Source of the DNA: Alphaproteobacteria bacterium
GTDB taxonomy: Bacteria > Pseudomonadota > Alphaproteobacteria > UBA828
Length of the DNA: 64,000 nucleotides
Assembly (NCBI GenBank): GCA_965214705.1
Contig: OZ243972.1
Location: forward strand, 672,001-736,000
Direction: 5' to 3'
In this document: positions 50,818-61,482 of the stretch, piece after piece
How the letters are laid out: each line of letters opens with the position of its first letter
Numbering within the stretch: position 1 is the stretch's first letter
Made by a program: the position numbers and the translations under genes
The notes under the pieces: model-generated
What the model saw: only the letters and a program-made list of their open reading frames with translations
Databases searched by the model: none
Told to the model about the DNA's origin: nothing

Positions 50818-51481
50818 CTTCCATCTCCCTGTCACGGCTGCGGTGCGGGACAATGGGTGCCATTCACGGATCCCGAATTCTCGGATATCCCTACCGGATC
50901 GAACCTCCCACACCGGAGAGCCTTATTGTCAGTTTGTTGGCACCGGCCCCCGGATGCGGAATGATCAGAGAAAGCAGGCCACGCGTCAACGCCGGGGGGC
51001 ACGCGTCCAGATCACCCGGCCGCTTGGCGTGAAGCATTAATCCGCTTCCGTTAACGGCAGCTCTCTGGAGTGGGCACTGTCGGAGGGAATTTAATTCGGA
51101 GCTCTCTCTAACATGCTGAATCTTCTCTATCTTTTGGCTTGTTTTCCTGGCCGCTCCACACTTGGCCCGACACCATCGCTTGAGTCATTAGCACCCCCCT
51201 CCCCGAGCCAATTCTGCGCCCCGCCCAAACAGTTCAGTCGTGGTGCATTGCCGCTGCGCCCACGTAAAACTTTGAGGAGCCGCTAATCGGTACGCCGGTT
51301 CATCCCGTAGATATTTTCGCGGGGAGCGCTGATCGACTTGTCCACATCGCTCAACTGCAAGTGCGAGAGCCTCGCATTTCTCCGGAATTGTGGTCACCAT
51401 CGCAATGTATGACATTGATCGGCGTGCGAGAGCCAGAGCGGCTCGGGTGCAAACAAAAAGACATGACAGGAAGCAAGACAT

Positions 51482-52567
51482 TCAGGATTGCGTCTCTCCC
51501 GCCGCACGGATGCAGGCAGCGAACGGGGCGTGGATTCCGGTGAGATAGAAGGACTCGAAGTCGCCCGCCCCGGAGTTCTGGCAGAGCGTTGCGCTCACGC
51601 CGGAGGCTTCGTGGTGGCCCGTGCAGGTGGTATGGCCCGGTAGCTGGCCGATGTGGCCCTTGATATCGAGCCCGTCGATCGTGGACACCAGGATACCGTG
51701 GCCGTTCGCCGTGATCGGCGCGCCGGGGAAGCTCGCCTCCTTCAGATTGCCAGCCATTTCGTGAAGACGGGTATCGTCCAGTACTAGGCCTGCGAAGAGA
51801 GCATGGATCCAGCGCATCAGATCGCGCGGGGTCGCGACGATGTCGCCTGCCGCGTTGGCGCCCGAGAGCGGAAACCAGCCGGTCGAATCCCAGCAGCCGT
51901 CAACCGGCTCGCCGGCGCCCGCAATGTCCCACTGGCCGTCCTCGTCCTCCTTGTGGAAGTAGGCGCGCGTCACACGCGCGGCGGGGTAGGGCTCGTCGGT
52001 GCCGACCCAGGTGTCTTGGAGACCCAGCGGCTCGAACAGGCGTGAACGCAGTGCCTGGCTGAGCGTGCTGCCCGTCTCCTGCTCGATGATCATGCCGGCG
52101 AGGATGTAGCCGGTGTTGTTGTACTGCATCTGGCCCCAGGGCTCGCCCTGCTCCGTCATCTCGAAGGCGAAGTCCACGATTTCCTGCGGCGTCCAGACGC
52201 GGTCCGAGATCATCGGCATGTGGTTCTCGAACTCGGGCAGGCCGCTGCGGTGGTTGACGAGGATGCGAACCGGCAGGCGCTCCGCCTTGGGCAGGTCGGG
52301 GAACCAGCGGGTGATGGGCTCGTCGAGGTCGAGCCGGCCCTCCTGGGCGAGCTGCAGAAGACAGGCCGCGACATAGGTCTTGGTGCAACTCGCGATGCGG
52401 AAGAGATGATCGGGTGTCAGCGGCTCCTGTCGCGTACGATTGGCGAGCCCGCTCGCGATCAGAACTTCCTCCTCGTCCGGTGCTCGCAGCGCGAGCGAGA
52501 CGCCGACAATCCCCTGCGCCACGTAGTCGTCCACAATCCCCTGCAACCGTGTCCTGAGAGTACTCAT
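51482..52567 (-). CDS. Serine hydrolase of the beta-lactamase/D-peptidase family
   Basis: FRIASCTK (SxxK), YNNTGY (YxN) and GHIG. Confidence 0.9.
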   Translation of the reverse strand: MSTLRTRLQGIVDDYVAQGIVGVSLALRAPDEEEVLIASGLANRTRQEPLTPDHLFRIASCTKTYVAACLLQLAQEGRLDLDEPITRWFPDLPKAERLPVRILVNHRSGLPEFENHMPMISDRVWTPQEIVDFAFEMTEQGEPWGQMQYNNTGYILAGMIIEQETGSTLSQALRSRLFEPLGLQDTWVGTDEPYPAARVTRAYFHKEDEDGQWDIAGAGEPVDGCWDSTGWFPLSGANAAGDIVATPRDLMRWIHALFAGLVLDDTRLHEMAGNLKEASFPGAPITANGHGILVSTIDGLDIKGHIGQLPGHTTCTGHHEASGVSATLCQNSGAGDFESFYLTGIHAPFAACIRAAGETQS

Positions 52568-52710
52568 GGCCCGCTCCCCCAAATGGTCCTCGTTCCGTCC
52601 CATGGTCGCACAACGGCGCGGCAAGTGCCTCATTCCGTGCTTGCTCGTTGGTTTTGGCACGGCAATCGTCCATACTTTCCGGGACACGGGCCCATGGCGT
52701 GGAGACGGCT

Positions 52711-53500
52711 GTGTGTGACTCGTTCGTAGCGCTTGGCGATTCCACCGTGCGGGGTTCCGTGCTCCTGGCTAAGAGCGCGGATACCGAGGTCAACGAGGCC
52801 GAGCACGTCGTGCGTTTCGGGGCGCGGGACTATCCTCACGGCGCGCTCGTCCGCATCACCCATCTGAACATTCCGCAGGCCCGCCGCACCCACGAGATCA
52901 TCCTCGGAAAGTCCTTCTGGAGCTGGGGGGCCGAGCTCGGCTGCAACGAGCATGGCGTCGCCGTCGGCAACGAAGCGGCGTTCAGCAACCAGAGCGAGGA
53001 GAAGGACGGCGTCGTAGTGCTCGATCTGCTGCGGCTCGCCGTCGAGCGCGCGCGCAATGCGCGCGAGGCGGTAGACGTGATCGGCCACCATATCGAGACC
53101 TATGGCCAAGGCGGCAACTGCCAGATGATGGGCAACTACGCCTTCGATTCGGGCCTGCTCGTGGCCGACCGGAACGAAGCCTATGTGGTGAACGGGGCGG
53201 GCCGGCACTGGGCCGCCCGGCGTGTGAGCGGCGTCGAGGCGATCTCCAACCGCTATCAGGTCCGGGACGACTGGGATCTCTCGTCGCTGGAGCCCGAGAA
53301 CGGCGCGAAGCCGGACTTCCGCGCGCTGTTCGCCGAGGAGGCCTTGGAGGCGAGCTGCGGCGCGAGCGAACGGGAGAACGCCGCTCAGCGCATCCTGGAA
53401 GAGCGCCGAGGCGCGATTACCTTGAAGGACATGGCTGACATCCTCCGTCACGTGGGCGACGAGGACGCGTACGAAGTCTGCTACGAAGGCGGGCCGGACC
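52711..53500 (+). pseudogene. Peptidase C69 (secernin-like Ntn hydrolase), C-terminally truncated
   Basis: (M)CDSFVA...AKSAD...WGAE.G.NEHGVA.GNEA...DLLRLA.ER; similarity ends near 53500 and the frame runs into unrelated sequence. Confidence 0.75.
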
Positions 53501-53593
53501 GCTCGCGCGGAAATACGCGGGAATCCCGACGCTTTGGCGATTGTTTGGCGACCGGCCCGGCACCAGCCGGAGCCGCCAAACAGGGAGATCGCC

Positions 53594-54382
53594 ATGAAAT
53601 CGACGCTCTGCACCGTGGCCTTGGCCGCGGTCGCCACGCTTACGCTTGCCTCGTGCGGTGGAGGCGGTGGATCGCCAACCACGTCCGAGCAGCCTCCACC
53701 CCCAGAAGTCGGGGATCAGGATCAGGTTCCCGATCCTATGCCCGAGGTTCCTGGAAGCGACGACGCAACAGGCCAGATGCCGGACGATGACCTGATGGAG
53801 CCTCCACCGCCCCCAACGCCCGGCCTGGCAACGCTGACAGAGAGCTTGGAGACGTACAACAACTACACGTCGACGTCTCTTGCCATTGTAGGGGGGGATA
53901 TCGTCGAGGTTCCCCGCACCTACATCGACATCGGGAACTGGGGGTACAGCGCCACAGCAGCGAATGGCACCCAACTCTTCACCGCAACGTCTCAAGCTTC
54001 GGGCTCGATCACCAACGGAGAGCCCGACTATCAGTCCTACTTCTCCTCGGTGATCGGCTCTTGGAGCTTCTCCAACCCTGTCGAGGCCGGAGGATTGGCA
54101 ACATGGGCCGGCGGCGTGCGCGGCATCTCCGACGACTACAGGCGAGTGGAGGGCAAATCGAGCATCCGCTACCACTTCGGCGCCAATCTGGTTGATGTGA
54201 CGTTCGACCAGTTTGACGACGGCCGTGCGGCAATGCAGTGGCTTGCTCTGCCTGTCCTCATCGGGGGGTTCAGCTATGGTCTTCAGCTCGACGGCAACTT
54301 CTACGGCACCAATCACGAGGGCGTTGCCGGCAAGTTCGATCGCGACGACTTGCGGGGCGTCTTCGGCGCGGTGCGCCAGTAG
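53594..54382 (+). CDS. Surface lipoprotein with Pro/Asp-rich linker and TbpB-like C-terminal beta-barrel
   Basis: Lipobox LASC-GGGGGS; C-terminus G.FYG.NHE.VAG.F.....GVFGA.R. Confidence 0.78.
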   Translation: MKSTLCTVALAAVATLTLASCGGGGGSPTTSEQPPPPEVGDQDQVPDPMPEVPGSDDATGQMPDDDLMEPPPPPTPGLATLTESLETYNNYTSTSLAIVGGDIVEVPRTYIDIGNWGYSATAANGTQLFTATSQASGSITNGEPDYQSYFSSVIGSWSFSNPVEAGGLATWAGGVRGISDDYRRVEGKSSIRYHFGANLVDVTFDQFDDGRAAMQWLALPVLIGGFSYGLQLDGNFYGTNHEGVAGKFDRDDLRGVFGAVRQ

Positions 54383-54389
54383 CACGATC

Positions 54390-54419
54390 ACGGGGGCGGA
54401 GATCATTCTTCGCCCCCGT
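54390..54419. terminator. Hairpin between convergent genes
   Basis: ACGGGGGCG...CGCCCCCGT. Confidence 0.5.
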
Positions 54420-54912
54420 CGTCATCCTCGGTGGCGGGCGGCCTCTTCTTCACTTCCGGTGACAAATTGAGACTGCCCTCTAGGCCACCATCGAAATCAA
54501 CCGAAAGGCGAACCGGGAGAGCAAGCCGGTAGCTGCCATCGGCCATCGACACGATGTTCGTCCCATCAGGTAGCTTGGCGTAGGTGTGACCGTCGCTAAG
54601 CGGACGTTGAGGGAACTGGCGAATGGTCCCCTTCAAGCTCCGCACAGTCTCTGCGTCTATCGCGTTCCGAAGATGACGCTCGTGTTCGGCCGCTAAAGGC
54701 GAACCGTGGAAGTTGACAGTCTGCGTGATGGACGGTGTTCGATTTTCTTTTTCTAAGGCGTCAAGCCTCGCAAGAAGGCGCTTGCGCCCACCTCTCCCCC
54801 AAAGGAGCGTGCTGATCACGCCCACCCCCAAGGCGATGATACCGCCCGCCAGATGCCAGCCGATTTTGACGAGAAAGTCGGCGGTTGCCGCGTCCGCAAG
54901 ATGATCTTCCAT
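54403..54912 (-). CDS. Hypothetical protein with one N-terminal TM helix
   Basis: LAGGIIALGVGVISTLLW hydrophobic segment. Confidence 0.55.
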   Translation of the reverse strand: MEDHLADAATADFLVKIGWHLAGGIIALGVGVISTLLWGRGGRKRLLARLDALEKENRTPSITQTVNFHGSPLAAEHERHLRNAIDAETVRSLKGTIRQFPQRPLSDGHTYAKLPDGTNIVSMADGSYRLALPVRLSVDFDGGLEGSLNLSPEVKKRPPATEDDDGGEE

Positions 54913-54964
54913 CCCGTCATCATCGAGAATCCCCTCCCTCCCCGGGTCAACCTTTCTTTGTAAT

Positions 54965-55437
54965 CCCCTTCGACTTTCTCGGCTTCACCCACGTGTGGGG
55001 ACGGTCGCAGCGAGGCAGGACCGTCGTTCGCCAGATCACCGCCAAGGATCGCTTCACCCGCGCGCTGAGGGCGGTGCACCAGTGGTGCAAGGCCGATCGG
55101 CATCGCCCGCTCGATGAGCAGCAGCGATACCTTGCGCGGGTCATCCGGGGCCACTGCGGCTACTACAGTCTGACGGGGAACAGCAAACGTCTCAGTGACT
55201 TCCGCTATTGGGTCATCCGCCACTGGCGCAAAGCGCTCGCGCGCCGCAGCCGAAAAGGGCGCGTGACCTGGGATCGCATGAAGGACATCCTCGACCGCTA
55301 TCCCCTGCCGCCGGCCACGGTCGTGCACTCGATCTATGCCGCCTGAGCGAACCTGACATGCGAGGAACCGAGTGCGGTGATCCCGCTCGCTCGGGTCTGT
55401 GAGGGGAGGGGCTCGGCAACGACCACTCCTACTCCGC
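54965..55437 (+). mobile_element. Group II intron 3' remnant (end of RT/maturase plus domains V-VI)
   Basis: PFDFLGFTH.W...IRGHCGYY...RRS; then GAGGAACCGAGTGCGGTGATCCCGCTCGCTCGGGTCTGTGAGGGG...CCTACTCCGC. Confidence 0.85.
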
Positions 55438-55452
55438 CCGCGGTGTCACGTA

Positions 55453-55465
55453 AATCAATGAGTTA
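55453..55465 (+). promoter_or_regulatory. IHF consensus site near attR
   Basis: AATCAA-TGAG-TTA matches WATCAA-N4-TTR. Confidence 0.45.
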
Positions 55466-55796
55466 GCAGGCCGATTGGCGTCCAATCTACGTACCGATCA
55501 ACAAGCGGCTACCACGAGGCTGGCGCAGGCAAGCTAGTCTCCCGCGGCCTAGGCCATCGCGAACCCGCCTTGGGGTTGCGGGATTGCAACAACACCCTGA
55601 GCCTGAGGAAAACCACGCGATTGCACTCCCGGCCTCGGTCGCACGTTCGAATCTGACAGGCATTCCAAATACCATCGTGGTAGGCTGCAAATCTGGTTTG
55701 GGAAGCTCGCTATGCTTCTTTCCGGCGTGTTGGGCCAAATGTGGGGCTGGCGAGAGTTTTTCCCAAAAGGGTATTTGACTTCTGTAGGTTACGGGA

Positions 55797-55822
55797 GGGT
55801 TCGAATCCCACTCCCTCCGCCA
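55797..55822 (+). repeat. attR core (duplicated tRNA-Ser 3' end)
   Basis: 26/26 identity to 2739..2764. Confidence 0.95.
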
Positions 55823-55993
55823 CCCCTCTTCCGTAAGCTACTGTAATAGACGGGTTTGCGTTGATCGGGCTGCACGTCACCCCGTTCTTGTTCCCAAACT
55901 GAAGCCGGATTATTCGATATGTCCTGCCATCTCGCGGGGCGGTGACCAACGTCCCCGAAGAGTCTCGCAAGTCACCGAACGGGGTAGTGGATC

Positions 55994-57445
55994 ATGACGG
56001 TAGTTGTGGAAACCCGAGCCGATCTCACGCTGGAGGCCGCCCGGCGGGTGGCCTGGGAGGGCGAAGGGGTCGAACTCGGCGAGAGAGCGCTCGCCGCCAT
56101 GGCGCGGGGACGGGAGCGCCTGGAACGCATTATCGAGCACGATCCCGACGTCACCATTTATGGCGTGACCACAGGGCCGGGTCAGCTTGCCCGAAAGACG
56201 CTGACACCCGAACAGCGCGAGCGGTGGGCCGGCATGTCGCCGGCGCGGATCGCGGCCTCATGGGGCGATCCGTTGCCGGAGCGCGTGGTCCGCGCCATCG
56301 TGCTGGCGCGGCTGACCAACTTCGTGGAAGGTCATGCCGCAGTCTCGCCAGAGATCGCGCAGCGCGTCGCCACCATGCTCGACAAGGACGCGATGCCCAT
56401 GGTCCCGACCAAGGGCCAAGGCGGCGCCGGCGAGATCCTGTCGTTGAGCCATCTGTTCATGGGCCTCGCGGAAGAGGCGGAGCCCGCAATCAAGGACGTG
56501 ATGTGCCTGGTCAACGGATCGCCTGCGGCCACGGGCCTCGTGACAGATGCCGCGCTGGTCGCCGAGGGTCGGCTCGAGATCGCAGCACGGGTCTTCGCGT
56601 TCTCCTTCGAGGCCTTCAACGCGCCGCTCGACCACCTCGACCCGGCGCTCGGCGACTATTGGAACAACCCGCACGATCGCTGGGCGCTCGGGCACCTGCG
56701 TGAGCTGGTGGCGGGCGGTCATGGCGGGGACCGGCGCCCCTATCAGGCGCCCGTCAGCTACCGCATCCTTCCGCGAATGCTGGGTCAGGCCCGGCGCGCG
56801 GTATCACTGGCTGCGGAGGTCGCGGCTGAATCGCTCCAGGCGGTGACCGACAACCCGGTGTGGGCCGAAAGCGCCGACGACGATCAACCGTTCGGCCGCT
56901 TCGTCACGAACGGCGGCTACCACAACCCCCACGCGGTGCTCGCCATGGATGCGCTCACTGCTGCGTGCGTCAACCTCTGCGTTCTGGCCGAGCGCCACGG
57001 TGCGAAGCTTCTGGACGGTGCCGTCTCGTTGCTTCCCGACCAGCTGGCGGTTTCGGACGCCGACGGCGACACCCCGCGCCCTTACATGGGATGTCTGCCG
57101 ATGGCCCAGACCGGCTACGAGGAGGAAGCCCGCCTTTACGCCCAGGCCACGGTGTTGCCCGGTAGCGAATCGGGCGGCTTCGGCCAGAACGACGTGGCGA
57201 GCCCGGTGTTCCTGGCATGGTCCAAGCAGGATCGCGCCGGCCGGTGCCTCGACATGGCGCTCGCCAGCCTCGTGCCGATCGCGTTCCGTGCCCTTGACGT
57301 TACCGGCCGCCCCGTCCCCGCGCCGCTGGCCGAGCTCGAAGCCGCAGCCCGGGAGATCGTGCCCGACCCTGTGCAGCGCCCGGCATTCGGCCCCGTGGTG
57401 GCCGCGCTCGCCGACGCCTTGCGCCGCGATATCTATCCGTCTTGA
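55994..57445 (+). CDS. Aromatic amino acid lyase (HAL/PAL) superfamily protein lacking the ASG motif
   Basis: IYGVTTG, Q.P.S.R..P...G, TDNP and NGG.H; GGAGEI in place of GASGDL. Confidence 0.85.
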   Translation: MTVVVETRADLTLEAARRVAWEGEGVELGERALAAMARGRERLERIIEHDPDVTIYGVTTGPGQLARKTLTPEQRERWAGMSPARIAASWGDPLPERVVRAIVLARLTNFVEGHAAVSPEIAQRVATMLDKDAMPMVPTKGQGGAGEILSLSHLFMGLAEEAEPAIKDVMCLVNGSPAATGLVTDAALVAEGRLEIAARVFAFSFEAFNAPLDHLDPALGDYWNNPHDRWALGHLRELVAGGHGGDRRPYQAPVSYRILPRMLGQARRAVSLAAEVAAESLQAVTDNPVWAESADDDQPFGRFVTNGGYHNPHAVLAMDALTAACVNLCVLAERHGAKLLDGAVSLLPDQLAVSDADGDTPRPYMGCLPMAQTGYEEEARLYAQATVLPGSESGGFGQNDVASPVFLAWSKQDRAGRCLDMALASLVPIAFRALDVTGRPVPAPLAELEAAAREIVPDPVQRPAFGPVVAALADALRRDIYPS

Positions 57446-57524
57446 CGGAAGTTAGAGAGTCGCCCGCTCGCACCCCTTTTTGGCCCCGCCCATTTGTCGC
57501 AATGTTTGCACCGGCAAATCGACT

Positions 57525-58547
57525 CTACATCGTCGTCAAACCGTCTTTTCCCGGTGCATCGGATCGACAGAATGTGATTTCTGGCTCTCGGCTTATCCAC
57601 CGCTCCCTGACGCTTCTTAATTCTTTGCTTTCCACTTTCAGTTCTCCTGCCAGGTCGACGAGCACCGTCAGAAAACGTCTGGCACTGGGGTTCCTTTGTC
57701 CCGTCGTTGTCAGAAAAGCGTACAGGCCGCTTTTCGTCTGCAACCACTCATCACGAATTGGAATAAGACGGCCAGTCTCGAAATCGCTATTCAAATAGCC
57801 ATTCCAACCCAGGGCGAGTCCCTGTCCCCTCGCCGCAGCGTCCGTCAAGTGAAAGTAAATTTCGTGTTTTTCGATCGGGGCCTCCGGGGGCCGGCAGTTC
57901 TGTGACTTGAACCATGTCTCCCACGTTGTCCAACTCGCTCCCGCCGCGGTCCAGTCCAAACGGGGCACGCCAAGCCATTGAGAGGGATGTTCGGCGAGCT
58001 CCCGCCTGAAGCGCTTGAAATAGGAGGGCGAGGCTACCGGAACGACTTCTTCATCAAGTAGCCTCTCCGAATGTTGATTGCGGCAAACGGTCGAATACTC
58101 GAAGAACACGTCGACACCCACCGGCAGCAGCGAGGGAAGCATGTCGTATTCGCAGTTCAGTATCCGGAGATCGATGCTTTCATCCAGATGCCGCTTCAGC
58201 CTCGCGTAGAGTGGAAGCAAGATCATCACCGAAACGGCCTGCGTACAGCCTATCGTCACGATTGTGTTTTCGGCGTGAAGTTTGTCACTTGCGGCACGCA
58301 GGCTTTGAATCGATGGCTGTACAGAGGAAAAATAGTCTTCACCGGTTCTGGTCAGTACGAGACCTCGGCCCTTTCGTTCGAATAAGCGAACGTTTAGCGC
58401 GTTCTCCAGCTTACCGATGTGACGGCTGATTGCGGGGGACGACACCTCCAGCTCCTCGGCAGCATGAACTACGCTACCGAGGCGAGCGGTCGCCTCGAAC
58501 GCGAGTAGAGCGCTGGTAGAGGGAATGCCCGATTTGACGTCTTTCAA
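57525..58547 (-). CDS. LysR-family regulator (GcvA-like)
   Basis: PS..AL.AFEATARLGS...AAEEL.VS.PAISRHI..LE..L...LF.R. Confidence 0.9.
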   Translation of the reverse strand: MKDVKSGIPSTSALLAFEATARLGSVVHAAEELEVSSPAISRHIGKLENALNVRLFERKGRGLVLTRTGEDYFSSVQPSIQSLRAASDKLHAENTIVTIGCTQAVSVMILLPLYARLKRHLDESIDLRILNCEYDMLPSLLPVGVDVFFEYSTVCRNQHSERLLDEEVVPVASPSYFKRFRRELAEHPSQWLGVPRLDWTAAGASWTTWETWFKSQNCRPPEAPIEKHEIYFHLTDAAARGQGLALGWNGYLNSDFETGRLIPIRDEWLQTKSGLYAFLTTTGQRNPSARRFLTVLVDLAGELKVESKELRSVRERWISREPEITFCRSDAPGKDGLTTM

Positions 58548-58730
58548 GGTGCCTCGCTGGTACTGTCCGATGTCGAGTCCTCTGAAGGCGTGTCGAACGC
58601 ACCCCCCCAATTCGTTGGTTAAACCCTATTCGTCCGGGCGCTCTCTGCCGCCTCCCAATTAGGGGGGACTGCAAGAATTGTCAGTAGCGTGGACGAGAGC
58701 GGAACGTGCCATTGTGAGCAGGCTAGGGTG

Positions 58731-59881
58731 TCATTGCCGCGCCAGAGGGAGGTCTCCCAACGACATAACCATTTGCACCAGATCCAACTGACGGGAGATG
58801 CCCAGCTTTCCGAACATATGCTTGATGTGCCAGCGGATGGTGCCTTCGCTCCGCCCCGTCTCGATGGCGATTTGGCGGATGGTGTATCCCTGAGCCAGCA
58901 TCACCGCCACGTGGCTCTCCGCCGGTGTCAGGCCGAGCAGAGCTTCCACCAGCGCCGGATCGATACGTGCCCGGCTCGCCGGGTCGACCACCAGCACGAG
59001 CGCGGCGACGCTGCTGGGACGCATGTCCGTCCGCTCGTCGCTTACGGGCATCGTGTGCAAGACGAGACCGGGCGAAACGACCGAGCGCTTCACCATCATC
59101 GTGCCGCTTGCACCTTGGCCACCGAAGCGCGGCAGTGCCCGACCCAATATTTTTGGAGAGCGGCGTCGTCTGCCGGTGTGCAGGCGCACAGAAGACCGTC
59201 CCGGTCTGACAATCCATCGCTCTTGCGCAGAATATCGCGGGCACGGTCGTTCGCGTCCACGATCCGCCCGCGCCGGTCAAGCTGGATGACTCCGAAACGG
59301 GTGTTCTCGAGCAACCCGATGACGGACGACCCCAGCGCGCGCGCGCTGACCAGCGACTGCCTGACCCGCACGAACTGACGAATGTGGGGCAGAAGACGCT
59401 CGATCGTCTCGATCCGGGCCGTCAACCAGCCGTCCCCGTCAACGGGGTCGGCAGTTTGCCAGCCGATGTGCGAACTACCCGGCCCGTCCAGACGTACGTT
59501 GAGGCCATTCTGGGTCTCGCCGAGCGGCATCGCCTCATTGAATGCCGGGGAGGTCTTACGCTCCTGGTCGGTGTAGAGCTCGGCGACACGGACCAGCCGG
59601 CTGTCGGGCAACTGCCTGAATCGAGGCATGCGTTCGTCGCTGGAGTGATAGACGTCGTAGTACAGCCGCTCGAAGTACTCGTTGCGCTCCCCGCGGTAGC
59701 AGAACCGTTTGAGGAGGATTTCGACTTCTTCCCGGGAGCGCCTCTCGCCGAACACCAGGAAGTTGCCCTTCGACCCTATGGCCTCGTCGATCAGGCCCGC
59801 AGTCGCCGGCCAGTGCGCGTCGTCGAGCGCTGCTTCGTGCAGCGATCCCAGAATGCGCTCAAACAGCTCTTGATCGCCCAT
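58731..59881 (-). pseudogene. PAS/LuxR-type HTH regulator split by a frameshift near 59150
   Basis: N-terminal part in frame 59096..59881; HTH (GLTPAE..VA..L..G...IA......TIRWH.K..F.K.G) in frame 58731..59189. Confidence 0.75.
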
Positions 59882-60532
59882 GAGGGATCCGTTCTCACGG
59901 TCCATTTGTTGACGATGTTCTCTTGCCGACGATCTCCGGTCCGTCGGCTTTGGCGGGGGGCAACATTCAAACTTCGCTCTTGGCGAGCATCATTCTTCTC
60001 ACCTCCGCCGGGCCGGCCAGCGACGCTCGCAGCCCCGGCGGCATGGGCCAAAGCCCTGCACCCGTATCGTCCCGTTGCCGGCGAACGGACACAGCGCTCC
60101 AACCATGATCGATGGCTGCGCGTCGGACCAATGGTAAGCGGGCGCACGACTAGTGCCGCCTCCCAAATGGGAGGGGAAACAGCCAAAATTGGGGGGCTGC
60201 AACTTCGGCACGGGGTTCGGAGTGAAGGGCGCGTGCCGGAGTGAACGGTCCCAGGCTCGGGCGTCTAGCCCGCATTTTTCACCACGGTCGCGGCCTGCGT
60301 CGCGGCCAGGCGTTTGAGCCGCCAGGAGCGGGCCGAAAAGCGTATCAGGGAATACGGTTGAGGCCCGCAACGCCGCGGGCGGGCGCCTAGGCGCAACCCG
60401 AAGGGCGGCGCTCTCCGTCCGACAGCGTGCGTCACGGCTCTTGCCCGATGTCCCCGCATCGCGCTGCGCGCCGTTCCTACCCTGTCGGCCGGACAGAGCC
60501 GCGCAGACCATGACCGTGGTGAGAAATGCGGG

Positions 60533-61354
60533 CTAGTGCGACATCAGCACCGGTACGGTCATCTGCCGCAGGATGTCGCGGGTCACGCCGCCCAACAGCA
60601 CCTCGCGCATGCGGTGGTGGCCGTAGCCGCCCATGACGAGGAGGCCCGCTCCGAGATCGCTGATCTCGGAGAGAAGGGCGTCGCTCGCACCAAGGTCCGA
60701 CGAACTGATCGCGTGCCTGGCATCTGTGCTGACGCCGTGACGCGCGAGGTAGGTGCTGACTTCGGCTCCCGGAATGTGCTTGCCGTCGCCGGTGTCGATA
60801 CCGAGCACGATCACCTTGCTCGCCTGCTGCAAGAGCGGCAGCGCGTCGGCGAGCGCGCGCCTCGCCTCACGGGTGCCGTTCCAGGCGAGCATGACGGTCT
60901 CCGCATTCACACTGAAGGAGCCGGCGTAGGGCCAGACCAGCACCGGTCCCCCTGCTGCGAGCACCGCGCTGTCCGCCAGCCCTGAGATGCTGTTGTCGTC
61001 GTCAGGGTCGGTCTGGCCCACGATCGTGATGTCGGCGTAGTGGGCGCTCGTGGTGACGCCATCGACCGGGTCCCCCGTCAGCAGGCGCCATTCGGTCGGC
61101 GCCGTCGTCTTGGCCGTCCGCTGAGTGAATTGCCGCTCCGCCTCCTCGGCGCGCGCCCGTTGTTCGGTATCGAGCCGCTTATAGACCTCCGTGGAGAGCT
61201 CGAAGCTCGCGAAACCGGGGACGACGAGGCGAGGCAGCACGTAGACGCCGGTCACCCTGCCTTCATGCCGTTCGGCCAGCTCGATCGCCGCCTCCAGCCG
61301 CACCTGCGAGCGCTTATCCTGAGCCAGATGAACGACGATGTCCTTGTACGCCAT
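60533..61354 (-). CDS. Universal stress protein (two USP domains)
   Basis: YKDIVVHL, LAWNGTREARRA..DALPLL and LLVMGGYGH.R.RE..LGGVTR..L....VPVLMSH. Confidence 0.93.
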   Translation of the reverse strand: MAYKDIVVHLAQDKRSQVRLEAAIELAERHEGRVTGVYVLPRLVVPGFASFELSTEVYKRLDTEQRARAEEAERQFTQRTAKTTAPTEWRLLTGDPVDGVTTSAHYADITIVGQTDPDDDNSISGLADSAVLAAGGPVLVWPYAGSFSVNAETVMLAWNGTREARRALADALPLLQQASKVIVLGIDTGDGKHIPGAEVSTYLARHGVSTDARHAISSSDLGASDALLSEISDLGAGLLVMGGYGHHRMREVLLGGVTRDILRQMTVPVLMSH

Positions 61355-61442
61355 GATCAAGCCTCCTTCTCCGTACCGGCTCGTGCGTGACACCCGAGCC
61401 ATGGAGCGCAAGTCAGCCTAACGGGGTGACTGAGGGCGCGGT

Positions 61443-61456
61443 TTGACATGGGTCAT
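61443..61456. promoter_or_regulatory. FNR/FixK-like box upstream of the USP gene
   Basis: TTGAC-ATGG-GTCAT about 90 bp upstream of the start codon. Confidence 0.5.
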
Positions 61457-61482
61457 TCCAGCCGTCGGCGCGCGCCTCATTC

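Larger units (their letters stand above)
2765..55822. mobile_element. tRNA-Ser-integrated genomic island with a P4/PICI-like core plus defence and metabolic cargo
   Basis: 26-bp direct repeats at both ends; integrase immediately inside attL; AlpA and primase; dense IS and pseudogene content. Confidence 0.92.

Noticed and set aside
51482-52567. Antibiotic-resistance beta-lactamase
   Set aside because: No signal peptide, and its context beside a peptidase and an ABC transporter fits a cytoplasmic amidase or esterase.
54885-55437. Retron, DGR or defence-associated reverse transcriptase
   Set aside because: Only the maturase tail with intron domains V-VI is present; the RT catalytic core is absent.
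55797-55822. Second tRNA gene
   Set aside because: Only the T-arm and acceptor 3' half are present; this is attR.
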